The notes below the pieces were generated by a model. That model ran no database searches. It had not been told where the DNA came from and worked only from the letters and a program-made list of their open reading frames with translations. The position numbers were made by a program, and so were the translations under genes. A DNA stretch of 63,091 bases, counting the filler, from Pelomyxa schiedti (Eukaryota > Protista > Evosea): the NCBI GenBank assembly GCA_020536535.1. It is 8 parts of 8 records of this genome, joined end to end, with 100 filler letters (N's around TTAATTAATTAA, not from the genome) between each part and the next. Parts side by side here need not be neighbours in the genome. Positions count along the whole stretch, not along the records: positions 61,353 to 63,091 come from JAHLWZ010002297.1; 7 more parts are not named here. One strand, 5' to 3'. Below, piece by piece: positions 62,154-63,091 of this stretch; the stretch's first letter is position 1; each line of letters opens with the position of its first letter.

Positions 62154-62784
62154 ATGTCATTACCAAGGAGTGACTTTTCGTTTGCGTCTACAGCGTCTCT
62201 GTATGTCGAGGGAGGAGACCTCGGTTCGTCCGCGGGCAGCGACCTCTTCGCCAACAGGCCCGGGAAACAAGCACCCATGGAGAGGCCTCTCGTTCTGCGG
62301 GTGCTGCTGTCCATCTCCTTCATCGCTCTGTTGGTTTCTGCCTACGCTGCGATTTCGCCGGCCATTACCATCTGGGTGATATCGGCGCGGGGTCTCACTC
62401 ACCTCCAGAAGGAAGCCATGGTCGACGCCATCGAAATGACGTGCATCAACACGGAGTCGCCGATGAGGGCCAACATCGAGAACGTGGAGACCCAGATGCG
62501 GAGCATCGTCGCTTACATCAACGCCATGATCGCAGAAAGGCACGATATCGTCACCGACTACGTGCCGATCGACGTCGTTTTGGCTGAAGCGGCACCGCTT
62601 TACACGCTACTCGATGCGTATGGAGGGTTCTTTCAGCTTGTAGGAATTTCTGCCCCGGATGGGTCTATGATAGTATCTGTTAGTAACCCGCTTGGATGGG
62701 CATTCCAGCTCATCCAGTTTGGGTATACAAATCTTCTTTTTGTGTTTGGGGTTTTGTTGTTATTGTTATGATTATTGTTGTCAT

Positions 62785-62815
<31 letters not shown>

Positions 62816-63091
62816 TTCATTTTCTATGTTCTCATTTGTCAACAGGTTCGATGAAAATGCTACTGCTTGGATAGTACCCTACATTGTAGAATCGTACTGC
62901 TATTACTGGCCTGGAGCGTTTCCTGTTACTCCTGGAATGCTTCTCCCGCATGCCACTCTCTCAGATGAACAGTGGAACTCTCTGACTCCCGGGTGTCTGC
63001 TGTGGAGTCCAATTGAGATTCCTGCAACAGTTCCAGACCTGACTGCAGCTTTGAATGCTCCAATACTTTTGCCTGGATCTTCGAACATCAC
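62154..63091 (+). CDS. Membrane protein with an N-terminal TM helix and a probable extracellular sensor-like region; 3' truncated
   Basis: TM segment VLLSISFIALLVSAYAAISPAITIW followed by a long helix, resembling TM-Cache sensor layouts (inference). Intron at about 62723-62845. Confidence 0.45.

Overview
Gene-dense eukaryotic DNA with many short (mostly 40-100 nt) GT-AG introns. It looks like an amoebozoan protist, with an archamoeba such as Pelomyxa as a plausible guess (inference from gene content and intron style only). The window is a concatenation of 8 assembly pieces joined by N-TTAATTAATTAA-N linkers: 1-15130, 15231-32774, 32875-55944, 56045-57057, 57158-58457, 58558-60144, 60245-61252 and 61353-63091. 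Adjacency across these linkers has no biological meaning. Housekeeping genes recognised by motif: CDK5RAP3, ATAD5/ELG1, PRPF38B, an SLC35F/EamA transporter, UBLCP1, FAM32A, a VPS9 GEF, an AAAP transporter, GTF3C1, a LAG1-type ceramide synthase, PWP2, glutamine synthetase III, a sirtuin, SVIP, ICMT and a DUSP. Spliced features absent or scrambled in the ORF track: a 76-aa G-protein gamma subunit, kinase-less EF-hand-like+SH2 genes, and an intron-split Zn(II)2Cys6 cluster fused to a PAS domain. The most unusual region is 15.2-30 kb, an immune/recognition-like cluster of SH2 adaptors (one hypervariable between two haplotype-like copies), a GH5 endoglucanase, two TRIM-like (RING)-B-box-coiled-coil-IPT-IPT-SPRY paralogues and a SAM-C1q-like gene. 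Other notable signals are a tRNA-Val gene head-to-head with U2 snRNA, a probable 19-nt poison exon in PRPF38B and a GC-AG intron. Family assignments come from remembered motifs, not database searches, and exon boundaries were read by eye.
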